Positions 9,825 to 20,988 of a DNA stretch of 64,000 nucleotides are shown in pieces; the first letter of the stretch is position 1; each line of letters begins with the position of its first letter. The notes under the pieces are model-generated. The model had not been told where the DNA came from, searched no databases, and saw nothing but the letters and a program-made list of their open reading frames with translations. The stretch comes from Fidelibacterota bacterium. Lineage in GTDB: Bacteria; Pseudomonadota; Alphaproteobacteria; Rhodospirillales; Rhodospirillaceae. A program made the position numbers and the translations under genes. The stretch is from the NCBI GenBank assembly GCA_947475295.1, contig CANJLF010000002.1, forward strand, positions 120,690 through 184,689, read 5' to 3'.

Positions 9825-10115
9825 TTAAGGCTTCTTGGGTTCCATATGGCCCGGGATCATCTCGCCCTTATCGAGATGCGGCGGTACATAAGTGCCGTCG
9901 GGGGGGCCGCCGCGAAGGAGCGCCGTCGCCGACAACACCGCGAAGGCCAGCACCGCGCCCGAGAACAGAAGCAAGGGCCATGGGCCTTGCTCCAGCTTCG
10001 GCGCTTCACCGCCGTGACGCGCGACATAGCCCGTGCGGTACCACACCCAAGCGGCGTAGACCGCCGCGGGCAGCAGAAACGGCACGATGTAGGTGAACAC
10101 GATCCGCGACATCAC
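9825..10115 (-). CDS. small membrane protein (two predicted TM helices), conserved-hypothetical type
   Basis: Hydrophobic segments IVFTYIVPFLLPAAVYAAWVW and WPLLLFSGAVLAFAVLSATALL. Tightly packed between cca and the NUDIX gene. Confidence 0.5.
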   Translation of the reverse strand: MMSRIVFTYIVPFLLPAAVYAAWVWYRTGYVARHGGEAPKLEQGPWPLLLFSGAVLAFAVLSATALLRGGPPDGTYVPPHLDKGEMIPGHMEPKKP

Positions 10116-10123
10116 CCGTCCCC

Positions 10124-10822
10124 TTAAGCAGTCAAAACCTCGTAGAGATTGATCAGCATACCCGCGGTCGCGCCCCAGATATAGCGATCGCCATAGGGGA
10201 TGGCGTAATAGGCGCGAACCACACCGTCGCTGATGACGCGGCTATGGCGCTGGTGATTGGCGGGATTGAGAAAAAATGCCAGCGGCACTTCGAAAATGTC
10301 CGCGACCTCAACGGGGTCCGGCTTCAACGTGAATGGCGGCGTCACCGCGCCAACGACCGGTGTGACTTCATACCCCGTGACCGTTGCGTAGGCATCAAGG
10401 CGACCGAGAATTTCGATATGCGACGCATCGAGGCCGGTCTCCTCGGCGGTTTCACGCAAGGCGCCCGCGACGGCATCAGGGTCCGTGGGTTCAATGCGTC
10501 CGCCGGGAAAGGAGATTTGTCCGCCGTGGGATTTCAGATCGGCAGTGCGCTGGGTGAAAAGCACCGTGAACCCTTCGGCGCGTTCCACTAATGGAATCAG
10601 CACAGCCGCCGGAACCGGCGGGGTATCGCGGCCGGGCAGCGGCGTGCCCGGCATCACGACGGAGGCAAATTTCGCCGGGTTGAAGGCCTCGACCCCGCCG
10701 GCGTGGAGTAGCCGCGCAGCCGTGGCGTTATCACCGCGCGGAGCCACCCGGTGTGGCGCGGCAAGGCGGCGGCGCAGAAGCGCCCGGCTTAAATTCTGAT
10801 TTAGAGTAACGTTCGGATTCAT
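10124..10822 (-). CDS. CoA pyrophosphatase (NUDIX hydrolase)
   Basis: NUDIX box GGQISFPGGRIEPTDPDAVAGALRETAEETGL. Start moved to the ATG at 10822 (MNPNVTL), which forms an ATGA overlap with the upstream stop. Confidence 0.8.
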   Translation of the reverse strand: MNPNVTLNQNLSRALLRRRLAAPHRVAPRGDNATAARLLHAGGVEAFNPAKFASVVMPGTPLPGRDTPPVPAAVLIPLVERAEGFTVLFTQRTADLKSHGGQISFPGGRIEPTDPDAVAGALRETAEETGLDASHIEILGRLDAYATVTGYEVTPVVGAVTPPFTLKPDPVEVADIFEVPLAFFLNPANHQRHSRVISDGVVRAYYAIPYGDRYIWGATAGMLINLYEVLTA

Positions 10823-11409
10823 GCGGGCTGACCCCCACCTCGGCCATCCACCAACGACCCTAGCGAGAAGAACTGTCCACAGCTCCAAACACCAAAAGTA
10901 TCGCTGCTTTCGGCCATTTCTCCAATTTCTACTAGGTGGTAGTAGACCGCGCGGACCAACCGAGCCTCGAGGCCTTTTCTCACGTGTATATAGGGTCGGG
11001 GCTCGCCGCTGGCGGCATCATAGACCACACGTAGAGCGTGGGTGGCGTCCAAGGTTACAACGTCGTCGACATTGGTCCGGAAGCGAATAATTTGGTTGCG
11101 TCCTGCGCCCTCCGCTATAAGTTCCACGCCGATAAAGGGAGAGTCTTCGACCTCGATACGGCCGTTTTCCACGGGCGTCGTCAGCCAGTAGAGACCGTCC
11201 TGATCGCGGCGTAAAACCGTGGAGAACAGCTTAACAAGGGCGTGCCGACCGATAGGGGAACCCCGGTAATACCAGGTTCCGTTGCGATCGATGCGCATGC
11301 TAAAGTCGCAGCACATATCTGGAAACGGCACGGCCTTGCCCTCGCCGGCAGGCGTGGTTGGAGGATGCGCTTCCGCCTCTCCGATAGGTGTTCGACGTTC
11401 CATACTCAT
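10819..11409 (-). CDS. DUF1285 domain protein
   Basis: FSMRIDRNGTWYYRGSPIGRHALVKLFSTVLRRDQDGLYWLTTPVENGRIEVEDSPF matches my memory of DUF1285. Start placed at MSMERR to avoid overlap with the divergent moxR promoter. Confidence 0.7.
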   Translation of the reverse strand: MSMERRTPIGEAEAHPPTTPAGEGKAVPFPDMCCDFSMRIDRNGTWYYRGSPIGRHALVKLFSTVLRRDQDGLYWLTTPVENGRIEVEDSPFIGVELIAEGAGRNQIIRFRTNVDDVVTLDATHALRVVYDAASGEPRPYIHVRKGLEARLVRAVYYHLVEIGEMAESSDTFGVWSCGQFFSLGSLVDGRGGGQPA

Positions 11410-11456
11410 TGCAATGAAATGTCTAAGCCTTTGAAATCTATACGTGGAGCCATTCT

Positions 11457-12488
11457 GTGAGCGCAACGATAACACAATCGAGCGGCCTAGTGACCCGAGC
11501 AGCCCAGGACGGCGCCGTGGCGGATATGGAGCGTATCGCCGGGCTCATCAAGAACGCCAAGACCGAGGTCGAGCAGATCATCTACGGCCAAGGCCTTGTG
11601 GTCGAGGAATGCCTGATCACCATCCTGGCCGGCGGCCACGTGTTGCTGATCGGCGTGCCCGGTTTGGCCAAGACCAAGCTGGTGCAGGCGCTTGGCACGG
11701 TGCTGGGCATGGACGACAAGCGCGTCCAGTTCACGCCCGACCTCATGCCCGCCGACATTATCGGCTCGGAGGTCCTCGAAGAGGACGCCGAAGGCCGTCG
11801 GTTCTTCCGTTTCATCCAAGGCCCGGTGTTTTGTCAGTTGCTGATGGCCGACGAAATCAACCGCGCCAGCCCGCGCACGCAGTCCGCGCTCCTGCAGTCC
11901 ATGCAGGAGCATAGCGTTTCGGTCGCCGGCCAGCTGCATCCGCTGCCGCAGCCGTTCCACGTGCTCGCCACACAAAACCCGGTCGAGCAGGAAGGCACCT
12001 ATCCGTTGCCTGAAGCTCAGCTCGACCGCTTCTTGATGCAAGTCGACATTCATTATCCCGACTTCGAAGCCGAGCGTCAGATCGTGTTGCGCACCACCGG
12101 CGCGGATCAGCCGGTCGCGCGCCAAGTTCTGACCTCTGACGACTTGATCGCGGCGCAAAGATTGGTGCGTCAGGTTCCCGTCGGCGAGAGCGTTGTCACC
12201 GCCATCTTGAAACTGGTGCGTTCGGGCCGTCCCGAAACCACCGACCTGCAAGAAGTCAAAGACCGCGTCGCCTGGGGTCCCGGCCCCCGCGCCAGCCAAG
12301 CCTTGATGCAAGCCGCGCGCGCACGCGCGCTACTGCAAGGCCGCCTATCGCCGTCGATCGACGACGTGTTGGCCTTAGCCAAGCCGGTTCTACAGCACCG
12401 CATGGCATTGAACTTCGGCGCACGCGCCGATGGTCACACCGTGTCGGGCTTGATCGATCTTCTGTGTCAGCGCGTGAACGCCGGCTAA
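11457..12488 (+). CDS. MoxR-family AAA+ ATPase
   Basis: GHVLLIGVPGLAKTKLV Walker A, LLMADEINRASPRTQSALLQSMQE Walker B / sensor. GTG start. Confidence 0.9.
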   Translation: MSATITQSSGLVTRAAQDGAVADMERIAGLIKNAKTEVEQIIYGQGLVVEECLITILAGGHVLLIGVPGLAKTKLVQALGTVLGMDDKRVQFTPDLMPADIIGSEVLEEDAEGRRFFRFIQGPVFCQLLMADEINRASPRTQSALLQSMQEHSVSVAGQLHPLPQPFHVLATQNPVEQEGTYPLPEAQLDRFLMQVDIHYPDFEAERQIVLRTTGADQPVARQVLTSDDLIAAQRLVRQVPVGESVVTAILKLVRSGRPETTDLQEVKDRVAWGPGPRASQALMQAARARALLQGRLSPSIDDVLALAKPVLQHRMALNFGARADGHTVSGLIDLLCQRVNAG

Positions 12489-12517
12489 TCGGTTTTCTTC
12501 TTTAGCCGCCGAGGCGA

Positions 12518-13447
12518 TTGCCCATGAAAGTGGCCGATAAACGGGAAGAAAGTCATCGCCTGCGCGCGCAGGCCGATGCCATTTCCGCGACTCTGCCGTC
12601 GATCCTAATCGCTGCCAAACGCATCGCAGCGTCGGTGACCATGGGCAGCCACGGCCGCCGGCGCGCCGGTGTCGGCGATAGCTTCTGGCAGTTCCGTCCC
12701 TATTCCAAAGACGACTCGCCGCAGTCCATCGACTGGCGCCAATCGGGCAAGGTCGACATGGTTTTCGTGCGCGAGCGCGAGTGGGTCGCGGCGCAAACCG
12801 CCGCCCTGTGGTGCGACACCTCGCCATCCATGCGCTACCGCTCGTCGCCCAAGCTGCCGACAAAAGCCGAACGCGCGGCGGTGATGATGTTGACGACCGC
12901 CGAACTTTTGACCGACGCCGGCGAACGCATTTTACGCATTTCCGGCGATGGCCGTCCGCAACGCGCCGCTGCCGCGGGGCGTCTGGCCGTCGCCCAGATG
13001 GCCGACGCCCTCGCTGCCGAGCTGATTGCCGAGCCCCGCGCCGATGCGCCGGAGATACCGGCCTTCTCAAACGCCCTGCCGAAGCATTCCACCGTCGTTT
13101 TGTTCAGCGATTTTCTGGGGCCACTCGACGAGATCGCCGGTTCCGTGCGCGCGCTTTCGCGTCTCGGCATCAACGGGCACATGGTGCAGGTTCTTGATCC
13201 CGCTGAAGAGACGTTGCCGTTTTCCGGTCGCGTGCGCTTCGTCGGCATGGAAAGAGAGGGCGCGACCGTCATTGATCGCGCTGAGGAAGCCCGCGCAGGC
13301 TATGTCCGTAAACTCAATAGCCACCGCGACGGCTTGCGCGCCCTTGCCACCTCGATTGGCTGGAGCTTTGGTCTGCATCACACCGACCACTCGCCGCAGC
13401 CCGCCCTAGCGGCGTTGCATAACGCCATCACCGGCCATAGACGATGA
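12518..13447 (+). CDS. DUF58 domain protein (MoxR partner, vWA-like)
   Basis: GDSFWQFRPYSKDDSPQSIDWRQSGK motif. Position immediately after moxR. Confidence 0.8.
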   Translation: MPMKVADKREESHRLRAQADAISATLPSILIAAKRIAASVTMGSHGRRRAGVGDSFWQFRPYSKDDSPQSIDWRQSGKVDMVFVREREWVAAQTAALWCDTSPSMRYRSSPKLPTKAERAAVMMLTTAELLTDAGERILRISGDGRPQRAAAAGRLAVAQMADALAAELIAEPRADAPEIPAFSNALPKHSTVVLFSDFLGPLDEIAGSVRALSRLGINGHMVQVLDPAEETLPFSGRVRFVGMEREGATVIDRAEEARAGYVRKLNSHRDGLRALATSIGWSFGLHHTDHSPQPALAALHNAITGHRR

Positions 13448-13499
13448 ACAAGTTGGCGATGAGTGCGGGGGCGATGAACACGTTGGCGATGAACACAGC

Positions 13500-16325
13500 A
13501 TGTTGAGTCTTGGTTTCATTTCTTTTGCGACACCGTGGGCGCTGGCCGCTGCGGCCGCGCTGCCGTTGGTATGGCTGCTCTTGCGTCTGACGCCGCCGAC
13601 CGTGCGGCAGATCAATTTTCCGGCGATCCGCCTCTTATTCGGTCTCGACCCGACCAAACGCACGGCGGCGCACACGCCTCCCTGGCTTATGATTTTGCGC
13701 GTCTTGGTGCTGACGCTGGCGCTGCTGGGGCTGGCCGATCCCATCATGAACGTGAAGCAAACCGAAAGCGACGGTCCGCTGATTGTCGTGATGGATAACG
13801 GCTGGGCATCTGCAACGCAGTGGGATGAGCGGGTTGCCGCGGCGCGTGAAATACTTGAAGGCGCCGACCGGCGTAATCAGCCGGCTGTCCTTGTGACCAC
13901 CGCGCCTTTGGCCACACCTTCGACAATGCCCCTGCAGATGATGCCGGCGCGGGAAGTCCTTGCGCAGACCATGCTCACCGCGCCGCAACCCTGGCCCACC
14001 GACCGGACCACGGCAGCGCAGCGTTTGAAGGACTTAAAAGTTTCAGGCGCGAGCGCGACGTGGATCAGCGACGGCGTCGACAGCCCCGGCGCCAAAGAAC
14101 TCGCCGACGTCTTGCAGGGATTTGGGCGTCTGACGGTGATCGAGACAAGTGCCTTGGTGTCGCCGCTTGTGCAGCTTCCGCCCGAACGCACTTTTGGAAC
14201 CGGCACGTCAAAGGGCATCGGCGCCAGCACGAACAACGGCATCAATATAAAACTCGCGCGCGTCGCGACGACCACCAGTCCGCAAATCGCCCACACCGTG
14301 CGGGCCATGGATGCCGAAGGCCAAGTGCTGGCGCGTGCGCTGGTCAGCTTGCCCGCCGGCAGCGGCAGCGGCAACGCGGCCATGGGCGTGCCCTCCGAGC
14401 TTGCCAATCGCATCGCCCGCTTCGATGTGGAAGGTCTCGCCACGACGGCAACCACGGTACTGGCCGACGATCAGTGGCAGCGCCGCCCGGTCGGCATCGC
14501 CAGCGCCACTGCCACGGGCATCGCCGTGCCGTTGCTGGAAGACGCCTATTACTTGCGCGAAGCCCTTCAGCCCTTCGCCGATACGCGCAGCGGCGCACTC
14601 AATGATCTGCTGAGCCGGCCTTTGGCCGTGCTGATCATGGCCGGCGGCGGCAAGATCCTCGACGCCGAGCTGACCCAAGTTACAGCCTGGGTGGAGAACG
14701 GCGGCTTGCTGGTGCGCTTTGCCGGCCCGCGCCTGGACGCCAATGTCGATACGCTACTGCCGGTCAAGTTGCGGACCGGCGGGCGGGCGCTGGGCAGCAC
14801 CATGTCGTGGGAAGTGCCGGCGCAGCTGGCGCCCTTCCCCGAGACTTCGCCCTTCCGGGGCATGAACGTTCCCGACGACGTAACCGTGACGTCGCAAGTC
14901 CTGGCCGAACCGGCGGCCGATCTGATCTCCAAAACCTGGGCCCGCTTAAGTGATGGAACGCCTTTGGTGACCGCGCAACGACGCGGCCGCGGTTGGGTGG
15001 TGCTGTTTCACGTCACCGCCACGCCGGAGTGGTCGAAGCTGCCCTTGTCCGGGCTGTTCGTCGACATGCTGCGGCGGATCGTGGACGTGAGCCAAGGCGT
15101 GCCCGCCGACGGCTCCAACGAGGTCACCGGAGCCTTGGTACCGTTCGCAACGTTGGACGGACGTGGCCGCCTGAGTCCGCCTGCGCCAACCACCATCTCC
15201 ATTCCCGCGCCGGAGTTCGCTCAGACCTTCGTCGGACCCAAAACTCCGCCCGGCCTTTATGGTCCACCGGGCGCCACGCGCGCGTTGAACCTGGGGGCCC
15301 ATCTCGGAGAGCTGCAGCCGCTGGCCGACGTGCCGCTCAGCGCAACGCGCCTGACATTCAACGCCGTCTCGCGCGAACGTAGCTTCAAGCCCTGGCTGCT
15401 GACCGCGGCCTTGCTGTTGCTGTTGGCGGATCTTGTGGTCAGCTTCGCCCTGCGCCGCCTATTGCCGCAGGCTCTGCTGGGGAAAATCGGCGGTCTTTCC
15501 AACGCCGGCACCGCGACGATCTTAGTGTTGATGCTCGGTTACGGGATTCCTCACGCCCGCGCCGCTGACACGCTGGCGCCGCCGGCTGAAATTGACGCCA
15601 ACACGCGCGCGGCGGTGCTGGAAACGCGTCTGGCCTTCATCGCCACCGGCTCGACGGACGTCGACCGTGTCGCGACCTTGGGACTTACCGCGCTGACGCA
15701 ACTGCTCTCCGACCGGACGGCGGCGGAATTGCAGCCGCCGACACGTATCGATTTGGCCGCGCCGGCGCTCACCGCTGACGCGCTCATGGGCTATCCGCTG
15801 ATTTATTGGCGCGTGCTGCCGACACGGGATGTGCCCTCGCCGCGGGCGCTCTCGGCCGTGAACAGCTATCTGCATAGCGGCGGCATGGTGGTCTTCGACG
15901 CGCCGGATCAAGCCGGCGCCATCGGAAACCCCAGCGGCGGCGGCGCCAGGGCGCGCCTGGAAGAAATCCTCACCGGTCTCGACGTGCCGCAACTGACCGG
16001 CCTGTCCGAAGATCATACTCTGAACCGCAGCTTTTATTTGCTGCACGGCCTTCCCGGCCGTTACGCCAGCGGCCCGGTGCAAGTTGAGCGCGATGCCGCC
16101 GCCAACGACAGCGTGTCGTCGGTGGTCATCGGCAGCAACGATTGGATCGCCGCCTGGGCGAAGGATGCGCAAGGCGTGCCGCTGTATGCGGTCGTCCCCG
16201 GCGGTGAACAGCAGCGCGAGATGGCCTTTCGCGCCGGCGTCAACATGGTGATGTACGCGCTGACCGGAAATTACAAATCGGACCAAGTCCACGCGCCGGC
16301 CATCATGCAACGGTTGAACCCATGA
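13500..16325 (+). CDS. BatA-N-terminal double-TM / DUF4159 domain membrane protein
   Basis: N-terminus FATPWALAAAAALPLVWLLLRLTPP (aerotolerance-regulator N-terminal type). C-terminal ...GSNDWIAAWA...MAFRAGVNMVMYALTGNYKSDQVH typical of DUF4159. Confidence 0.7.
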   Translation: MLSLGFISFATPWALAAAAALPLVWLLLRLTPPTVRQINFPAIRLLFGLDPTKRTAAHTPPWLMILRVLVLTLALLGLADPIMNVKQTESDGPLIVVMDNGWASATQWDERVAAAREILEGADRRNQPAVLVTTAPLATPSTMPLQMMPAREVLAQTMLTAPQPWPTDRTTAAQRLKDLKVSGASATWISDGVDSPGAKELADVLQGFGRLTVIETSALVSPLVQLPPERTFGTGTSKGIGASTNNGINIKLARVATTTSPQIAHTVRAMDAEGQVLARALVSLPAGSGSGNAAMGVPSELANRIARFDVEGLATTATTVLADDQWQRRPVGIASATATGIAVPLLEDAYYLREALQPFADTRSGALNDLLSRPLAVLIMAGGGKILDAELTQVTAWVENGGLLVRFAGPRLDANVDTLLPVKLRTGGRALGSTMSWEVPAQLAPFPETSPFRGMNVPDDVTVTSQVLAEPAADLISKTWARLSDGTPLVTAQRRGRGWVVLFHVTATPEWSKLPLSGLFVDMLRRIVDVSQGVPADGSNEVTGALVPFATLDGRGRLSPPAPTTISIPAPEFAQTFVGPKTPPGLYGPPGATRALNLGAHLGELQPLADVPLSATRLTFNAVSRERSFKPWLLTAALLLLLADLVVSFALRRLLPQALLGKIGGLSNAGTATILVLMLGYGIPHARAADTLAPPAEIDANTRAAVLETRLAFIATGSTDVDRVATLGLTALTQLLSDRTAAELQPPTRIDLAAPALTADALMGYPLIYWRVLPTRDVPSPRALSAVNSYLHSGGMVVFDAPDQAGAIGNPSGGGARARLEEILTGLDVPQLTGLSEDHTLNRSFYLLHGLPGRYASGPVQVERDAAANDSVSSVVIGSNDWIAAWAKDAQGVPLYAVVPGGEQQREMAFRAGVNMVMYALTGNYKSDQVHAPAIMQRLNP

Positions 16326-16335
16326 GTTTAGTGTA

Positions 16336-18426
16336 ATGACCGGTCTAACCTACTCACCGCTGATCCCGGCGCCACTGCTGCTCTTGCTGTGCGCGCTGGC
16401 GGTCGGGCTGATCATTTACGGCCTCTGGCATCGCGCCAAAGGCGTTTTGCTGCGCGCCCTGCCCGTGGCCGCGCTGATCATCGCCATCGCCGACCCTCAG
16501 CTGATCCGCGAGAACCAGACCCCGCTCAAAGACGTGGCGGTCATCGTCGTCGACGAAAGCGCCAGCCAGAAGTTGGGACAGCGCGAGGGCCGCACGGCCA
16601 AGGCCGTCGAGAAGCTGACCGCCGATTTCGCGGCTGGCGGCGATTTGGAAGTGCGCACGGTGCGTACCGGACGCAACGATACCGCCGGCGGCGCCGGCGG
16701 GACGCGGCTGTTTGAAGCGCTGTCGAGCGCCATCAGCGATGTCCCGGCGCAGCGCCTTGCCGGCTCGGTCCTGATCACCGACGGTCAGGTACACGATGCG
16801 CTGCCGGCTGACCGCGCGACGATCAATCACGCCGCCTACATGAACGCGCCGGTACACCTGCTGATCACCGGCGAGCACAAGGAATTCGACCGCCGCATCC
16901 GCCTAGAAAGCGCGCCGGACTTCGGCCTGGTGGGCCAGCCCGCGATCGTGCGCCTAAGGGCCGAAGATACGCAGGCGGTAGCAGGCACGCCGATCCCCGT
17001 GAGCATCAAGCACAACGGCGGCTTGGCGCTGCATATTGAACTGCCCGCCGGCACGACCATGGACGTACCCATGGAGATCGAGAACAGCGGCGCCAATGTC
17101 TTTGAAGTCGAGATCGCCGCCGGCCAAGGCGAGATTTCCACCGCCAACAACAAGACGCTGGTGTCCATCAGCGGCGTACGCGACCGCATGCGCGTGCTGT
17201 TGGTCTCGGGCCAGCCGCACGTCGGCGAACGCGCCTGGCGCAATCTTTTGAAATCCGATCCCAATATCGACCTGGTGCATTTCACGATCTTGCGGCCCTT
17301 GACCAAGGACGACAGCACGCCGTTCAACGAATTGTCGCTGATCTCGTTTCCAATCCGTGAGCTGTTCGAAGAGCAACTGAAGCAATTCGACCTGATCATT
17401 TTCGACCGCTACAGCCAAAAGGGTCTGGTGCCCTTCCAGTACATGACCAATGTCGCCAACTATGTGCGCCAGGGCGGCGCGCTGATGCTGGCGGTGGGGC
17501 CGGAATACGCCGATAGCTTCGCGTTGTTCGGAGCGCCCCTGCAGAGCATTTTGCCCGCCGAGCCCACGGGGCGCGTCTACAACGGCGCCTTCCGTCCGCA
17601 CTTGAGCGACGTCGGCTTGCGGCATCCCGTGACGGCCCTGCTGGAAGGCGCGCAAAACAGCCGCTTCAAAGCCGGCGATCCCAGCTGGGGACGGTGGTTG
17701 CGGCAGATTCAGATCAGCAAGGCCGTCGGCGCGCCGGTGCTGCTGGGACAGGATAAGGACCCGCTTCTGGTGCTGAACCGCGTCGGCCAAGGCCGCGTGG
17801 CCTTGCTGCTCAGCGACACCGCCTGGCTGTGGGGCAAAGGCTTCGACGGCGGCGGCCCTCAGACTGAGCTGCTGCGCCGGGTCGCCCATTGGCTGATGAA
17901 AGAGCCGGAGCTGGAAGAAGAGTCCCTGACCGCCGAAGTGCGCGACGGCGGCCTGCAGGTCAACCGCCGCAGCTTATCCACCGAAGTCGTACCGGTAAAA
18001 GTCAAAGCCCCCAACGGCACCGAACAAACCGTGCTGCCTCAGCCTGCGGCTGCCGGCGTCTTCACCAGCCGCCTCGATATCACGGAACCCGGCCTCTACA
18101 GCCTGACCGACGGCAAAATCACGACTATTGCCGCTGTGGGAACGCCGAATCCGCTGGAAAGCTTTGACGTGGTGTCGATGGAGGCCAAGGTTGGTCCCCT
18201 GGCTGAAGCCACCGGCGGCGGGGTTTTCTGGCTGGAAGACACAACGCCAACCATGCGCCGCGTTGTGCCGGGCCGCGTCGCCCATGGCTCGACTTGGCTG
18301 GGCCTGAAGGCCAACAAGCAGGTCGCCGTGACGGGTGTCACCCAGACACCGCTGTCGCCGGTGGCCTTGATCTTGCTTTTGGTCATGGCCGGGGCAATGT
18401 TGGCGTGGTGGCGCGAAGGCAAGTAA
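16336..18426 (+). CDS. large membrane protein of the MoxR/DUF58 cluster (glutamine-amidotransferase-like fold suspected)
   Basis: N- and C-terminal TM segments. Fourth gene of the conserved cluster. No catalytic motif recognised. Confidence 0.55.
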   Translation: MTGLTYSPLIPAPLLLLLCALAVGLIIYGLWHRAKGVLLRALPVAALIIAIADPQLIRENQTPLKDVAVIVVDESASQKLGQREGRTAKAVEKLTADFAAGGDLEVRTVRTGRNDTAGGAGGTRLFEALSSAISDVPAQRLAGSVLITDGQVHDALPADRATINHAAYMNAPVHLLITGEHKEFDRRIRLESAPDFGLVGQPAIVRLRAEDTQAVAGTPIPVSIKHNGGLALHIELPAGTTMDVPMEIENSGANVFEVEIAAGQGEISTANNKTLVSISGVRDRMRVLLVSGQPHVGERAWRNLLKSDPNIDLVHFTILRPLTKDDSTPFNELSLISFPIRELFEEQLKQFDLIIFDRYSQKGLVPFQYMTNVANYVRQGGALMLAVGPEYADSFALFGAPLQSILPAEPTGRVYNGAFRPHLSDVGLRHPVTALLEGAQNSRFKAGDPSWGRWLRQIQISKAVGAPVLLGQDKDPLLVLNRVGQGRVALLLSDTAWLWGKGFDGGGPQTELLRRVAHWLMKEPELEEESLTAEVRDGGLQVNRRSLSTEVVPVKVKAPNGTEQTVLPQPAAAGVFTSRLDITEPGLYSLTDGKITTIAAVGTPNPLESFDVVSMEAKVGPLAEATGGGVFWLEDTTPTMRRVVPGRVAHGSTWLGLKANKQVAVTGVTQTPLSPVALILLLVMAGAMLAWWREGK

Positions 18427-18490
18427 CTTCGGCGGACCGCTTGCATTGCCCGCTTGCAATGCCCGCCCGCATTGATAGAGGAGCCGCATT

Positions 18491-19483
18491 TTGGTCCCGG
18501 CCGTTTCCACGTCTTCCGCTTCTGAGACCGCGCGCCTCGGCAAGCTCGTCGAATACCTGATCCTCGACACGCCGCCGGAAAGAGAATTCGACGAAATCGT
18601 TGAGGTGGCCGCGAAGTTGCTCGGCGCGCCGATTTCGCTGGTGTCGCTGATCGACCGCGACCGCCAGTGGTTCAAGGCGCGTTATGGCTTGGACGCGACG
18701 GAAACGCCGCGCGAACAGGCCTTTTGCGATCACGCCATCAAAGCCGACGATGTTTACGTCGTCGGGGATGCCACGAAGAATCCGCTGTTCGCGGAGAATC
18801 CGCTGGTGACCGGCAGTCCCAACATCCGCTTTTATGCCGGCGCGCCCTTGATTACGCCCGACAAATTCCGCCTCGGCACCTTGTGCGTCATCGATACCAA
18901 ACCGCGCGAACGTTTGTCCGAAGAACACGAGACCATCCTGACGTTGCTCGCCCGCATGGTCGTGAATGCCCTTGAGAGCCGCCGCCTGACCATGCGCGCG
19001 CATCACCAGGCACGCATGATGACGAAGCTGGCGGAAACCACCGTGGCCGTCTCGCAGGCCATGAGTCTCGCCGAAGTCGCCCGCACTTTGACCGAAGCAG
19101 CACGCAGCCTCGTGGTGGCAGATGTGGCTTATCTGCATGTCATTGCGGGCGGCGCGAGCGTAGCGTTCGATCATTTCGCGACGCGCAGCGGCGAGAAAAA
19201 CCAGCCGCCGCCGGTCCCCTGGCAAGCCTATGGGGACGCCCTGATCGCGCGCAAAGGCCTGGCCGCCGCAACACTCAAGGACTTGCCCGGTGCGGTCAAA
19301 ACGGCCCATCCCGTGAAAGGTTCGTGGATCGGTTTTCTAATCGGGCTCGACGCTGAAGAGCCCTTGGGGCACTTCCAGCTCTGGCGTCAGTACACGACGT
19401 CCTTCACCGACTTCGAAACGGCGATGGTGACCGACGTGGTGCGCGTAGCCTCGGCAGCCGCGGAGCGTCTCGTCGGGCGCTAA
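18491..19483 (+). CDS. GAF domain protein
   Basis: LILDTPPEREFDEIVEVAAKLLGAPISLVSLIDRDRQWFKARYGL...FCDHAI...FYAGAPL pattern. Start (TTG in the track) is uncertain. Confidence 0.6.
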   Translation: MVPAVSTSSASETARLGKLVEYLILDTPPEREFDEIVEVAAKLLGAPISLVSLIDRDRQWFKARYGLDATETPREQAFCDHAIKADDVYVVGDATKNPLFAENPLVTGSPNIRFYAGAPLITPDKFRLGTLCVIDTKPRERLSEEHETILTLLARMVVNALESRRLTMRAHHQARMMTKLAETTVAVSQAMSLAEVARTLTEAARSLVVADVAYLHVIAGGASVAFDHFATRSGEKNQPPPVPWQAYGDALIARKGLAAATLKDLPGAVKTAHPVKGSWIGFLIGLDAEEPLGHFQLWRQYTTSFTDFETAMVTDVVRVASAAAERLVGR

Positions 19484-19497
19484 CGTGGAGGCGCCGT

Positions 19498-20697
<1,200 letters not shown>

Positions 20698-20831
20698 TTA
20701 AATCCGAGGCTTCTTCCCTCCCCACCCCACAACCCTCGCGGCAAAGCCGGAGACGTTTGGGCTGGGACCCATATCCAGGACCCTTTTTTTTGAAGCGCCA
20801 TCCTCGGGACAGCGGGGTACCTGCTAAGGAA

Positions 20832-20928
20832 GAATCATAAGAATCAAAGCTTTACGATTGCTTAATGAGATACACAATGAGGTCTGTGGATAACACCACA
20901 TGTTGAGTCCCTATGACTCACGGGACTC
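20832..20928. promoter_or_regulatory. cluster of five GANTC (CcrM) sites upstream of ccrM
   Basis: GAATC at 20832 and 20841, GAGTC at 20905, GACTC at 20915 and 20924, read directly. Confidence 0.6.
20885..20893. promoter_or_regulatory. perfect DnaA box (TGTGGATAA) upstream of ccrM
   Basis: Exact 9-mer. It lies within a 14-mer GGTCTGTGGATAAC that recurs at 47991-48004. Confidence 0.45.
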
Positions 20929-20988
20929 CACCCCTAGCGACCGAGGGGTGGTGGCAAAAATTTTTCGAGGAACGTTTCTAGAAAAATG

